From NCBI GenBank assembly GCA_949300365.1, contig CASGEC010000001.1, positions 86,545 to 150,544 of the forward strand: DNA of 64,000 nucleotides, written 5' to 3'. Within the stretch, counting starts at the first letter, position 1; the number at the start of each line of letters is the position of its first letter. The position numbers and the translations under genes were made by a program. Source of the DNA: an uncultured Bacillota bacterium (GTDB taxonomy: Bacteria > Bacillota_I > Bacilli_A > RFN20 > CAG-288). Of this stretch, positions 9,089 through 19,088 are shown in pieces. The notes below the pieces were generated by a model, which saw only the letters and a list, made by a program, of their open reading frames with translations, was not told where the DNA came from and ran no database searches.

Positions 9089-10498
9089 ATGAAAGATAAA
9101 TTCAAGGCCCTTGGGGAAAGAATCGTTGAGCAGTACCGCCGCTTCGATGGTTTTCTCGCAAAGATGAACAATCGTTTTCTTTCCTGGTTCCACGACCACG
9201 ATCTTCTGCTTTTCGTCCTTTTGGTCACGATTCTGGGCGTTCTTATGCGCGTCCTTCTCTTCCCCTGTGTCCGCGGCGATTACACGAGCTTCCTCCTTCC
9301 ATGGTACACGAACATCTATGAAAACGGGGCCGATGCCTTGGGAAAGCAGTTCGGGGACTATACGCCGGCCTACAACTATTTCCTTTATCTGATAAGCCTC
9401 TTCGGTTTCGAACCGAACGTGACAATCGATGCTGGATGGACTACTATCGATCCTGTTTTATGGGGTATCAAGACCATCTCCTCTTTGTTTGACTTTGGCA
9501 TTGCCATCTATGCCTATCTCATCACCAAGAGGCTGACGAATTCGACGATCAAGGGAGCATTGGCCTATACCTTTGTCGTCTTCGGCTTGACGGTCTTCCT
9601 CAATTCCTCCTTATGGGGTCAATGCGATGGCATTTATGTCTTCTTCCTTGTAGCATCGATATATTATCTCATTACAAATAGACAACATCTTTCCTTTATA
9701 TTCCTAGGATTGAGCTTCTGCTTTAAACTGCAGGCCATCTTTGTCGTTCCCGCACTGCTTGTCCTGTGGTTGAAGAAACAGGTCAAGCTCCGCTACTTCC
9801 TCTATGTTCCCCTTATCTATTTCATCGCCGCTCTTCCCGCCGCCTGTGCCGCTGGTAGCGAGTTCTGGGTTCGTCTTGGCGAGATTTTCATGGTCTACCC
9901 CAACCAAGTCGTCAATGGCTATACCCAGGTCACCCTCAATGCTGGTTCCTTCTATGCCTTGATCTTCACCAACTTCAAAAACGAAGAATATATCTCTACC
10001 TTTGCCCTCTTCCTAGCCCTTGTCGTCAATGGAACTTTGGCTTTCTTCTTCCAGCGCTACAAGGCGCCTTTCAAGGAGAAGACAATCCTCAAGCTGTTCT
10101 TCGTCTTTTCGATGACGATGCCTTACTTCATGCCCCATATGCATGAAAGGTATTTCTATTTGGCCGATATCCTTGTCGTCCTCTATGTTCTTCTCAATCC
10201 CAAGAAGTTCTATGTCGCCATCCTTGCCATCCTCAATTCCATGATCGGCTACATGGTCTTCCTCTGGAATGTCCCCTTCTTCAATGTCGTCCCGCAGGAT
10301 GGAACCATCACCGATCAGACCAAGGCCCTCTCCTTCCGCTTTGGTGCCATTCTTTATCTTGTCGCCATCATCGTCGTCCTCAAGGAATTCTTCCCGGAGC
10401 TCAAGGAAGAGGATAGGTTGTACCAAGAGAGCAAAAAAGTTTTGTCTTCTGCTCCTTCCGAAAGCATGGAAACACAGCTCCCAAACCCTGAGAAATAA
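9089..10498 (+). CDS. polytopic membrane protein, GT-C-type glycosyltransferase-like (hypothetical)
   Basis: 469 aa with at least 10 predicted transmembrane helices. An acidic or aromatic first external loop (GDYTSFLLPWY, DYTPAYNYF) is reminiscent of GT-C mannosyl- or arabinosyltransferases. No clear SD sequence. Confidence 0.4.
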   Translation: MKDKFKALGERIVEQYRRFDGFLAKMNNRFLSWFHDHDLLLFVLLVTILGVLMRVLLFPCVRGDYTSFLLPWYTNIYENGADALGKQFGDYTPAYNYFLYLISLFGFEPNVTIDAGWTTIDPVLWGIKTISSLFDFGIAIYAYLITKRLTNSTIKGALAYTFVVFGLTVFLNSSLWGQCDGIYVFFLVASIYYLITNRQHLSFIFLGLSFCFKLQAIFVVPALLVLWLKKQVKLRYFLYVPLIYFIAALPAACAAGSEFWVRLGEIFMVYPNQVVNGYTQVTLNAGSFYALIFTNFKNEEYISTFALFLALVVNGTLAFFFQRYKAPFKEKTILKLFFVFSMTMPYFMPHMHERYFYLADILVVLYVLLNPKKFYVAILAILNSMIGYMVFLWNVPFFNVVPQDGTITDQTKALSFRFGAILYLVAIIVVLKEFFPELKEEDRLYQESKKVLSSAPSESMETQLPNPEK

Positions 10499-10677
10499 GT
10501 CTTTCCGGATATCTTTCCTTCTTCCTGAAGCTTTTTCCTTTCTTGTTTTAAGATTGGGGAAATGCGGGAAAGATCTCTCTTTCTTCATGGGCTAAGCAAC
10601 AGCTGCATCAGAAAGGAAAGTAACCGTTTTCCAGAAGGCCATAGCCTGCCTTTTTGAAGACAAAGCCAAGAAAAAAG

Positions 10678-10706
10678 TTGACAAGGGAGATTCGCTCTTT
10701 TATATT
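10678..10706 (+). promoter_or_regulatory. sigma-A-type promoter (TTGACA, 17 nt spacer, TATATT)
   Basis: Consensus -35 and near-consensus -10 elements immediately upstream of the riboswitch leader. Confidence 0.55.
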
Positions 10707-10724
10707 TTGGGGCGTAGAAAAAGT

Positions 10725-10950
10725 TGATTCGAGATAGAGGCGCGGTCGATAAGAGTAGCCGGAACTGGGGGCACCCGATAGGTCCGGCGAAAGGGCAGAC
10801 CGCCGAAACCCTGAAGAGGCATCCGAGGGGATTGGACCATGGAAACAAGATTCCAATGGGCTCTTTGCCGGAAGATAGCCGGCATTGGCGCTATCGGTGT
10901 TTGTCCTTTCTTAACGAAAATGGGCTGCATCGATGCGATGCGGCTTTTTT
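10725..10950 (+). promoter_or_regulatory. lysine riboswitch (L-box) with terminator expression platform
   Basis: GATAGAGGCGCG...AAGAGTAGCC...GAAAGGGCAGACCGCCGAAACCC parallels the B. subtilis lysC leader (GATAGAGGTGCG...AAGAGTATGCC...GAAAGGGGAGCGTCGCCGAAGC). It ends in a 9-bp hairpin plus TTTTTT at about 10924-10950. Confidence 0.75.
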
Positions 10951-10969
10951 ACAGAAAGGACCTCTCTTT

Positions 10970-12730
10970 ATGAGAAGAAAGAATTTCCTCATCGCCTTTG
11001 CTTTCCTCATCCTACCGCTTTTCCTCTCCCTTTTCGGTGTCCCTTCGCCGGAAGGAAAAGCATCCCTTGCCACAAGACGGGATGCTTCGGAAGGATTCAC
11101 CTTTCGGATCGGAATGGAGGCAAACTATCCTTCCTTCAACTGGACGGAGACGGAGAACGACCCTGAGAACAACTACCCCATTGCCGGTCTCACCGGCCAG
11201 TATGCTGGTGGCTATGATGTCCAGGTCGCCCGCTTCATCGCCCAGGACAACGGCTGGAATCTCGAGATCCAGAAGCTGACCTGGGATGGTCTTATCCCAT
11301 CACTGCAAGCCGGGACCATCAATGCGGTCATCGCCGGCATGTCCGATACGGCGGAAAGAAGGCAGTCCATTGACTTCACCGACCCCTACTACACCTCCGA
11401 CCTTGTCATCATCGCGAGAAAGGACGACGACCGCTTTGGCGACAACTTCGATCCGACCACAAGCCAAGGCATGCGCTTCGTCACTCAGCTTAGCACCGTC
11501 GAGGATGAGATCGCCAAGGACTGGGCGGAGAGATACGGGGCCGTCTACGTCAACCCGACAGCGGATTATCCCGTTTCCTTCCTCAACGTCACGCAGAACC
11601 TTGCCGATGCCGTCATCTGCGAATATCCCGTCGCCATGGCGATGATGGACGCCTATCCGATGTTAAGCATGTACACTGTCGACCAGAGCAAGGTCGATTC
11701 CTCCTTCATCGAACAGCTTTCCGTCTCCATCGGTATCGCCAAGAATGACCGGGACGGAATCCTCGATCAGATCAACGCCTCCATTGCTAAGCTCACCGAC
11801 GAAGACAGGAAAGACATGATGGATCAGGCCCTTGAAAGATCCAAGAACCTTCAGAACACGGAGGAGAACACCGAGGGCGAGAGCAACCATCTCGTCTATC
11901 TAATACAGAACTATTGGGTGGAGTTCGGCTATGGCACCCTCAACACCTTGATTCTTGCCGTCGTTGGTACCCTTGTCGGACTTCTGATCGGTATCTTCGT
12001 CAGCCAGGCTCGCAATATCAAGATTGAAAAGAAAGACAACATCTTCATCAAGGGAGCAAAGTATGTCGGCAAATTCCTCTCGTGGCTCTATGTCACCTTC
12101 TTCCGTGCTACCCCGATGATGATCCAGGCGATGATCTTCTTCCTCCTGGGGCCGGCTATCGGCATCATCTGGACGAACCTGTCACCGGCAGGCGATATCG
12201 GTAGGGTCTTCAACGGCTATATGCTCTGCGGTCTTATCGTCATCTGCATCAATACCGGCGCCTATATGACGGAGAACATCAAGTCCGGTCTCAACGGCAT
12301 CGACAAGGGGCAGGAGGAAGCAGCCCGCTCGCTAGGCCTCTCCAAGACGAAGACCCTCTATGGCGTCGTCCTTCCCCAGGCTATCCGCAACGTCCTTCCG
12401 ACCATCGGAAACGAGCTTGTCGTCAACATCAAGGACTCCTCGGTCCTCAATGTCATCGGTCTGACCGAGCTTTACATGACGGCCTCGATTGCTACCAACA
12501 CCAACTACTTCCGCATCGAAGGCTATGTCATCATCTGCCTTATCTATTTGGTTCTCGTTCTCTTCTTCTCCGGCATCCTCAAGCTTCTCTCCAACAAGCT
12601 TTCCTTCCCCGACCAGGTCAATGTCCTCGGTTTCCGCAAGGGAAGAATTTCGAAGTATCTGCAGCGCCTTCATATCACGAAGAGGCAGAAGAGCCTGACA
12701 CAGGGATTGGGAGGAAACGACAATGAGTGA
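10970..12730 (+). CDS. amino-acid ABC transporter, fused substrate-binding domain and permease (polar amino acid/His-Glu-Gln-Arg family); probable lysine importer
   Basis: The ORF runs 10724-12730. ATG at 10970 ([10 protein letters not shown]...) gives a signal peptide. An SBP_bac_3-like domain is followed by a 5-TM permease with the EAA motif ([22 protein letters not shown]). Confidence 0.85.
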   Translation: MRRKNFLIAFAFLILPLFLSLFGVPSPEGKASLATRRDASEGFTFRIGMEANYPSFNWTETENDPENNYPIAGLTGQYAGGYDVQVARFIAQDNGWNLEIQKLTWDGLIPSLQAGTINAVIAGMSDTAERRQSIDFTDPYYTSDLVIIARKDDDRFGDNFDPTTSQGMRFVTQLSTVEDEIAKDWAERYGAVYVNPTADYPVSFLNVTQNLADAVICEYPVAMAMMDAYPMLSMYTVDQSKVDSSFIEQLSVSIGIAKNDRDGILDQINASIAKLTDEDRKDMMDQALERSKNLQNTEENTEGESNHLVYLIQNYWVEFGYGTLNTLILAVVGTLVGLLIGIFVSQARNIKIEKKDNIFIKGAKYVGKFLSWLYVTFFRATPMMIQAMIFFLLGPAIGIIWTNLSPAGDIGRVFNGYMLCGLIVICINTGAYMTENIKSGLNGIDKGQEEAARSLGLSKTKTLYGVVLPQAIRNVLPTIGNELVVNIKDSSVLNVIGLTELYMTASIATNTNYFRIEGYVIICLIYLVLVLFFSGILKLLSNKLSFPDQVNVLGFRKGRISKYLQRLHITKRQKSLTQGLGGNDNE

Positions 12731-13463
12731 GAACGAGATTTTGCTTCAAGTCCGCAATCTGAGAAAAAGCTATGACGGCCTTTCCGTCCTCAAGGGCATC
12801 TCCCTGGATGTCCACAAGGGCGATGTCGTCTCCATCATCGGCTCTTCCGGCGGTGGAAAGTCGACCTTCCTGCGTTGCCTCAATTTGCTTGAGGTTCCCG
12901 ATTCCGGAACGCTTCTTTTCAAGGGGGAGGATCTGCTGGATAGGAAGACGGACATCGACAAGGTCCGTACCCATATGGGAATGGTCTTCCAGCAGTTCAA
13001 CCTCTTCGACAACATGGACGTCCTCAAGAACTGCATGTATGCCCAGATGAAGGTCCTCAGGAGAAGCCGTCAAGAGGCAAAGAAAAGGGCCGTTTCCGCC
13101 TTGGAACAGGTCGGGATGGACAAGTTCATGACCCATATGCCAAGGACCCTCTCCGGCGGACAGAAGCAAAGGGTGGCTATTGCCCGCTCCCTGGTCATGG
13201 ATCCGGACATCATGCTCTTCGACGAACCGACATCCGCCTTGGATCCCGAGATGATCGGAGAGGTCCTCAAGGTCATGAAGGATCTTGCCAGGAACGGCAT
13301 GACCATGGTCGTCGTCACCCATGAGCTCTCCTTTGCCAGGAACATCTCCAATCGCGTCGTCTTCTTCGACAATGGCGAGATCGCCGAGGAAGGAAATCCG
13401 GAGGATTTCTTCACCCATCCCAAGACCGAAAGGGCAAAGGCTTTCCTTTCCCGCATCCATTAG
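12723..13463 (+). CDS. amino-acid ABC transporter ATP-binding protein (GlnQ/HisP family)
   Basis: 246 aa with Walker [10 protein letters not shown], signature [13 protein letters not shown], and Walker B/D-loop. It overlaps the permease stop. Confidence 0.9.
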   Translation: MSENEILLQVRNLRKSYDGLSVLKGISLDVHKGDVVSIIGSSGGGKSTFLRCLNLLEVPDSGTLLFKGEDLLDRKTDIDKVRTHMGMVFQQFNLFDNMDVLKNCMYAQMKVLRRSRQEAKKRAVSALEQVGMDKFMTHMPRTLSGGQKQRVAIARSLVMDPDIMLFDEPTSALDPEMIGEVLKVMKDLARNGMTMVVVTHELSFARNISNRVVFFDNGEIAEEGNPEDFFTHPKTERAKAFLSRIH

Positions 13464-13470
13464 CTTTCCC

Positions 13471-13503
13471 GGGACTGTCGTAAGGCAGTCCCATTTCCTT
13501 TTC
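13471..13503 (+). terminator. rho-independent terminator after the ABC operon
   Basis: A GGGACTG...CAGTCCC hairpin followed by a T-rich tract. Confidence 0.6.
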
Positions 13504-13544
13504 CGACTGTTAAGGACAGGTAACCAAAAACGCTGTATTCTCTC

Positions 13545-13660
13545 TTCCCATAGTGCTAGAATCCCTCCCCGAGGGAGTAGGACGCTTCAAAGAAAGCGGC
13601 GGATCAACAAACTGGAGAAATCCTGGTCCGCCTTAATGATCCGAGACTCATATAGGAGCA
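13545..13660 (+). promoter_or_regulatory. candidate yybP-ykoY (Mn2+) riboswitch leader of mntP (weak)
   Basis: A GAGGGAGUAGGACG element resembles the conserved GGGGAGUAG of yybP-ykoY, with an extended -10 TGCTAGAAT upstream. mntP is the classic gene regulated by this riboswitch. The 3' half of the leader matches poorly. Confidence 0.3.
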
Positions 13661-13667
13661 TAGCTAT

Positions 13668-14249
13668 ATGGATTGGATCAATGTTTCTTTGACGTCCGTT
13701 TCGATGGCCGTCGATGCGATGACGGTCGGTGCCGTCGATGGCATCCAGGAAAGAAGGATGCCTCTGTGGAAGGTTCTGCTCATCAGCCTTCTTTTTGGCA
13801 TCATGCAGTTTCTCATGCCGACCATCGGCTATTTCGTCGGCTATTCCTTCCGGGATATCCTGGAAAGCTATATCCCGTGGATTGCCTTTGTTCTTCTGAC
13901 CCTCCTTTCCATCAAGTCCCTTGTCGACTTCATCAAGGACAGGAAGGCGAAGAAGGAAGAGAATCCGAAAGCGGAAGAGACGAGAAAGATCTCGATTCCG
14001 GAAATCCTTCTCCAAGGCGTGGCAACAAGCATCGATGCTTTGTGCATCGGCTTTGTCTATCTCAATCTGGAGATTCCCCAGGCGATGCTTGTCTTCGGCA
14101 TCATCGGCATCGTCACCTTTGCCCTTTCTTTCCTGACGACACTCTTCGGAAGCAAGGTCGCCGGCAAGCTTGAAAAATGGGCGGGTCTTATCTCCGCAAT
14201 CGTCTTCTTCGCCGTCGGCCTCAAGATCCTGCTTGAAGGCGTTCTCTAA
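13668..14249 (+). CDS. mntP: manganese efflux pump MntP family
   Basis: 193 aa. It has a duplicated 3-TM architecture and the MntP/DUF204 N-terminus (MDWINVSLTSVSMAVDAMTVGA). An AGGAG RBS is present. Confidence 0.8.
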   Translation: MDWINVSLTSVSMAVDAMTVGAVDGIQERRMPLWKVLLISLLFGIMQFLMPTIGYFVGYSFRDILESYIPWIAFVLLTLLSIKSLVDFIKDRKAKKEENPKAEETRKISIPEILLQGVATSIDALCIGFVYLNLEIPQAMLVFGIIGIVTFALSFLTTLFGSKVAGKLEKWAGLISAIVFFAVGLKILLEGVL

Positions 14250-14526
14250 AATTTGCTTGGCAAGGAAAAAGAAGAGAATTCCTATTGCTCAAGGCTAAAT
14301 TGTCTTAAAAATCCATGCCTGTTTTCCGAGGTTGGCTTTGGAAGCAGGGTTTATTGATGTCTCTTGTGAATAGGTGCCCGTCTTTCGTATATGAGACTTA
14401 CCGATTGACCTTCGATTGCACAACTCGAGATGGACTCGTTATCCTCCAGAAGGGGTCTTGGATGGTTCATTACGCGCCATTCCGAATACAGGTGCAAACG
14501 AACCCTATTTCGTAATATAGGTTGGG

Positions 14527-14700
14527 CTTCAACGATATCTCCATCAATAGAGATTGACCTTTCCTTGATCTCCTGCGGAGCAAAGGCGACTCCCAGATTG
14601 ATGCAGGCGTAAAACGCATTCTGGTTCTGATATGTCATCTGCCTAAAGGGTATTTGATGATGCCGGGGGTATTATGTTTATTGCGCGCCCTTTCCCACAT
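14527..14700 (-). pseudogene. remnant of a second SirTM-like SIR2 gene (3'-terminal fragment only)
   Basis: The translation MTYQNQNAFYACINLGVAFAPQEIKERSISIDGDIVE is about 60% identical to the C-terminus of the SirTM-like protein at 16207-17049 (QMTYRNLKAIYACVNNGEMYAPKEIADRSVCIDGDIGE). The rest of the gene is absent. Confidence 0.55.
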
Positions 14701-14702
14701 CT

Positions 14703-16030
14703 TTATTTCTCAAGGGATTTCGGGTCAAGCAGAAAATCATAGATGTTTATTGTCAGGATACCATATTCATCATACTGCGTTGGCACCATATCCCTGGTAA
14801 TGATGATTTTCTTGAAGGAATCATCGATCTTCCTGAATGGCCGGATCTCCTGCCATCCGTTTTGTTTCATCCGGCAGGGTGTAGGCGGATTGAATATAGT
14901 ATCTGGAAGAACCAAGATTACATACAAAATCAACTTCCAGCTGCTTACGTGTTACTTTTCCGTTCCGATCTTTTGCGGCGATGGGAACAACGCCTACATC
15001 GACATTGTAACCGCGCATGCGAAGCTCATTGTATATCACGTTTTCCATGGAATGGGTCTGTTCAAACTGACGAAAGGCGATTCTTGCATTCCGCAGTCCT
15101 AGATCCGAAAAGTAATATTTTTTGGGGGTTTCAATATAGGCTTTTCCCTTGATGTCATATCGCTGTGCAGACTCGATCAGGAAGGACTCCTCATAATAAT
15201 CCAAATACTTTTTGATGGTATTGGACGTTATTTTGGATTTCTTCACCGTTCGAAAAGTGTTTTTAAGTTTCTCCGGGTTAGTCAGAGAACCTATCGCAGA
15301 AGAAAGAATGTTCAGTAGATCCTCCAATTCGCCGATATTCTTGACATGATTCCACTGGACTATTTCCCGAATATATATTTCACGGAACAGGTTCTGCAAT
15401 GCCGCAAACTTTATCATTTGCCCCATCCCGCAGGACGACTAGGGGAATGCCACCATAGAGCATATATTCGGACAGTCCCACATACTTATCCCCTTTATAG
15501 ATAGACATGAATTCCGCAAAGCTCAGAGGATACATTGGAACTTCATCGCCACGGCCGGCAAACTCAGTGGCAATATCTTTGGATAGAAGCCTTGCATTGC
15601 TTCCTGTCACAAAGACATCCATATTATCTTTTCGCAGATAGCTGTTCAGGACAGCTTCAAAACAGTCCATCATCTGGATTTCATCCAGCAGCAAATAATA
15701 CATTCCATCGTCAACAGCTTTTGTTCGGACATAAGCCATGAATTTTTCCGGGTCTACGCCACGCTTTTCTTTTTCAATTCCAATAAGGCTTTCGCCGATC
15801 CGGTGCAGGTCGTCCGCTGAGTCGAAGGCAAAACGGATGATATGGCCAGCAGGAACGCCGCTCTTAAGTAGATGATAATAGAAAAGGTTGTTGAGCAGAT
15901 AGGATTTCCCACACCTGCGAATACCCGTAATGACCTTAATGAGTCCGTTGTTCTTTCTTTTTATCAGTTTGTCCAGATAGAAATCTCGGCGAATCTCCAT
16001 ACGGCTACCTCCTGCAAAAGACTTTTGCAA
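14703..16030 (-). pseudogene. DUF4143-containing AAA+ ATPase (COG1373-like), disrupted by at least two frameshifts
   Basis: Three consecutive ORFs in different frames (15380-16030, 14821-15426, 14703-14933) together cover an N-terminal P-loop (GIRRCGKSYLL) and the DUF4143 C-terminal region. They overlap at both junctions. Confidence 0.7.
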
Positions 16031-16206
16031 CCAAACACACTTTTCTGTTCTGTTTTATCGTGAAACAGGCACTTGTTCAATATGCCCGTGTAGACTTAGA
16101 AAAGATTTTTGCAACTTCTTTCATTTTTTCCGTTTTCGATTGCGTATATGCCGGATTCCTTGATCAGGCCATTTTCCTTTTGCGAATCCGTTTTTTCAGA
16201 TATACA

Positions 16207-17049
16207 TCACGCTTGATTTCCATCTAATTCTTTCAACACTTCGCCGATATCTCCGTCAATGCAGACAGACCGGTCTGCGATCTCCTTTGGCGCATACATC
16301 TCACCATTATTGACGCATGCGTATATTGCCTTCAGGTTCCGATAAGTCATCTGCCAGAAGGGGTATTTGATGATTCCGGGAGTGTTGAAGCCGACACCGA
16401 GTTCCAGGAAAAGGACGCGTTTGGTCCTGTTCTCCTCAAGGAAACGGACATAACGATGGTGGGCTCTTATCCACCCCTCGTCTTCGGCAAAGGATCCGTC
16501 GCAGCGGAGGTTCATCGCCATCTCCCTGCCACAGATGGGACAATGGGGAATATCCCTAGTCGGAATCCGATTGTCCTTTATGTCATGGACCATTTTGAGA
16601 ATCCACTTTTTGTTGTCGTATGTCTTTTGATGGCAGGGAAGAGAGCATTGGAACAAGCCATAGTCTCCTTGGGGATAGAAAAGCCTTTCTTTGTCAAAGC
16701 CGGCGAGCTGGAACTGGTGGTCGACATTGGTCGTGATGACAAAATAGTTCCTGTCACGGACAAGGCCGAAAAGGCTTTGATAGAGCCTCTTGGCTCCGCC
16801 TTGATATCTTTCCAGATAGACGAACCGGGACCAATAGGCCCATTTCTCCTCACTTGTCGAAAAGGCGTGGAAACCGGCTGAATACATATCCGTATAGCCA
16901 TAGCGCTCGTGCATCCAGGAGAAGTTATCCAGGAATGTCTTGCCGCCGTATTCGAAACCCGCGGCGGCGGACAAGCCAGCACCGGCCCCGATGACGATTG
17001 CCTCGGATTCAGCGATAAGCTTCTGCAAGAGCTTGGTAGTATGTTTCAT
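16207..17049 (-). CDS. SIR2-family protein, SirTM-like (macrodomain-linked sirtuin; putative protein ADP-ribosyltransferase)
   Basis: 280 aa. Rossmann motif GAGAGLSAAAG, TTNVDHQF, and a Cys pair and Cys cluster (CSLPCHQ...CPICGRE) forming a Zn ribbon. It sits directly downstream of a macrodomain gene and has an AAGGAGG RBS. Confidence 0.75.
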   Translation of the reverse strand: MKHTTKLLQKLIAESEAIVIGAGAGLSAAAGFEYGGKTFLDNFSWMHERYGYTDMYSAGFHAFSTSEEKWAYWSRFVYLERYQGGAKRLYQSLFGLVRDRNYFVITTNVDHQFQLAGFDKERLFYPQGDYGLFQCSLPCHQKTYDNKKWILKMVHDIKDNRIPTRDIPHCPICGREMAMNLRCDGSFAEDEGWIRAHHRYVRFLEENRTKRVLFLELGVGFNTPGIIKYPFWQMTYRNLKAIYACVNNGEMYAPKEIADRSVCIDGDIGEVLKELDGNQA

Positions 17050-17112
17050 AGTCCTCCTTGCTGAAGACGTCGAAGACGACTTTTCCTATTTGGCTTTGCA
17101 AGAGATAGGATT

Positions 17113-17766
17113 TCACGCACGAGATTGCAATCTGACAGGCCGTTTTATGGGAAAGCCATAGAGTCCCGTCGCTATCGAACAGAAGGCGATGCTGCCTAAA
17201 TGAAGCTCGTCCGCCTTTTTGAGGCAACTGAGGTAGCAGCTCCTGAGGTCTTCCTCGTTTTTGGAAGTGACGTTGCTCATAACCTTTGGCCCGACGGTGT
17301 GGAAGAGGTATGTCGCCTTTAGGTTATAGCCCCTGGTCACCTTGACCTGTCCTTCCTTTTCGTCATGGCCTTGTTTTGACATCAGCTTTAGAAGATCCCG
17401 TCTTACCTGAAGGCCGGCTGCGGAATGGATGGCGTTATCGACGCAGCTGTGCAGGGGATGAAAACAGCCAAGCAGCTTCTCGTTTCCGGCATTGACGATG
17501 GCATCGGATCTGAGAAGGGTAATATCGCCAAGAAAGAGGCAGATCCTATCCTGAATGGGGTTGAGGTCATCGACATCGATGATTTTCTTGGTTTCCAATG
17601 TTGTTTGAAGGACTCTGTCCTGCCGGCGATAGAATTCCGCGCTGAGGTTTATGGGCATGGTGATGTTCATCAAGGCGCGCAACTTCAGATCCTCTGGAAG
17701 GGAATTGTCCCAATCGACATTGTTGACCTTCTCAAGGTAGGAAATGCACCACTTTCGATCATCCAT
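17113..17766 (-). CDS. macrodomain protein, sirtuin-linked Zn-binding type (putative ADP-ribosyl hydrolase)
   Basis: 217 aa. The MacroD-like core LGDITLLRSDAIVNAGNEKLLGCFHPLHSCVDNAIHSAAG has its Gly-rich loop replaced by a C/H cluster, as in the macrodomains of SirTM operons. Confidence 0.75.
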   Translation of the reverse strand: MDDRKWCISYLEKVNNVDWDNSLPEDLKLRALMNITMPINLSAEFYRRQDRVLQTTLETKKIIDVDDLNPIQDRICLFLGDITLLRSDAIVNAGNEKLLGCFHPLHSCVDNAIHSAAGLQVRRDLLKLMSKQGHDEKEGQVKVTRGYNLKATYLFHTVGPKVMSNVTSKNEEDLRSCYLSCLKKADELHLGSIAFCSIATGLYGFPIKRPVRLQSRA

Positions 17767-17852
17767 CTTTTCTCTCCTTTGTCTCGGTGTGGAAGGTAAT
17801 AAGGATCCTATCCTATTTCGATAAAGGCCACCTTTTGGGTGGCCAGGATATA

Positions 17853-18641
17853 TTACTCTCCGAAGTAGGCGTTTGCTGTGATATCCAGATAATTCAAGCC
17901 AGAATAGTCTGGATAGGCATTCTTGACCATATTGATGAAGTCGGCCTTATCTTTTGCCTTGGAGGCCATCTTCTTGATGCTTTCGATATAGGCAATCTTG
18001 GTCTTGACGTCGTCTAGGGTTTCCGGCGCGTAGTGGCTGGTCAGGATGATGTCGTAGCCGGCAAGGACAAAGCCTTTCAATTCGCTGATGAGGCTATCGG
18101 CATGTCCGTTTCCGGCGATGATCGAATGGACGTCATGGCAGAGCATATGGGTATAGACGGCATGGAAAGAAGGAAGGACGACATCGAACTCCTCGCCTTT
18201 GGGAAGGAGGGTGAGGGAAATACCATCGAAATTGATGGGGGAGTTAATTTCCTTGTAGTCATCCCTCAGCTCGTCTTGGATCTTGTCGCCAAAGGCCTTG
18301 ACGAAATCATCGAACAGGGTTTTTGGACCACCGCTTCTCAGGGCATGGATGGCATCTTTTTCCGAGCAGAGTGTTGCCTCTGGGAGATAGTCCTTCGGAG
18401 CGACGTGATCGACAAGAAGGATATAGGCCTTACGTATTTTAAGACCTCTTACAAAGGCGTTCAGCTCCGAAACGTTGTCCTTGAAGAGCGGCGCTTCGAT
18501 GGAGACAAGGACATCGCCCTTGCGGATGAGGATGACCTGGTCATCGATGGGATCCTTTGTCTCATAGGCATAAAGCGTTTCCCCTTCCTTTTCGTAGATG
18601 CGCAGTTTTCCGAATGTCAGCTTTTCTTCTCTGATGTTCAT
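17853..18641 (-). CDS. hypothetical protein (possible metal-dependent hydrolase fold)
   Basis: 262 aa with a good RBS (TAGGAGGAAAAG). It contains H/D-rich motifs (HMLCHDVH, GNGHAD) but no confidently recognisable family. Confidence 0.5.
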   Translation of the reverse strand: MNIREEKLTFGKLRIYEKEGETLYAYETKDPIDDQVILIRKGDVLVSIEAPLFKDNVSELNAFVRGLKIRKAYILLVDHVAPKDYLPEATLCSEKDAIHALRSGGPKTLFDDFVKAFGDKIQDELRDDYKEINSPINFDGISLTLLPKGEEFDVVLPSFHAVYTHMLCHDVHSIIAGNGHADSLISELKGFVLAGYDIILTSHYAPETLDDVKTKIAYIESIKKMASKAKDKADFINMVKNAYPDYSGLNYLDITANAYFGE

Positions 18642-18761
18642 TGTCTTTTCCTCCTATCGAGTTACGCCCCTATTCTAGGAATGCGGTAGCAAATGAGGAA
18701 GTACGCACTTTAAAGTGGTATAGTATCTTTTAGGAAACCATAATCGTTAGGGAGGTGGAAA

Positions 18762-19088
18762 ATGATCGATCGGAACGCCTTGCCTGCCTGTCCTGTCGAG
18801 ACAACCTTGAGCATCATCGGGGATAAATGGAAGGTTCTTATCCTTCGGGATCTCTTTACCGGAACGAAAAGATTCAACGAGCTCAAGAAAAGCCTGAAGG
18901 GAATCACCCAGAAGATGCTCACGCAGCAATTGCGGGAAATGGGAGGGGACGGCCTCCTCCATCGGGAAGTCTATCCTGTCGTTCCTCCAAAGGTGGAGTA
19001 TTCCCTGACGGAACTTGGAAAGACACTAAAGCCTGTTATCGACTCCCTTTATGACTGGGGAAGCCGGTTGAAGGAAGGCCGGATTTAG
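18762..19088 (+). CDS. HxlR-family (MarR-like winged-helix) transcriptional regulator
   Basis: 108 aa. The CPVETTLSIIGDKWKVLILRDL...FNEL motif is typical of HxlR/HTH_34. GGAGGTG RBS. Confidence 0.8.
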   Translation: MIDRNALPACPVETTLSIIGDKWKVLILRDLFTGTKRFNELKKSLKGITQKMLTQQLREMGGDGLLHREVYPVVPPKVEYSLTELGKTLKPVIDSLYDWGSRLKEGRI

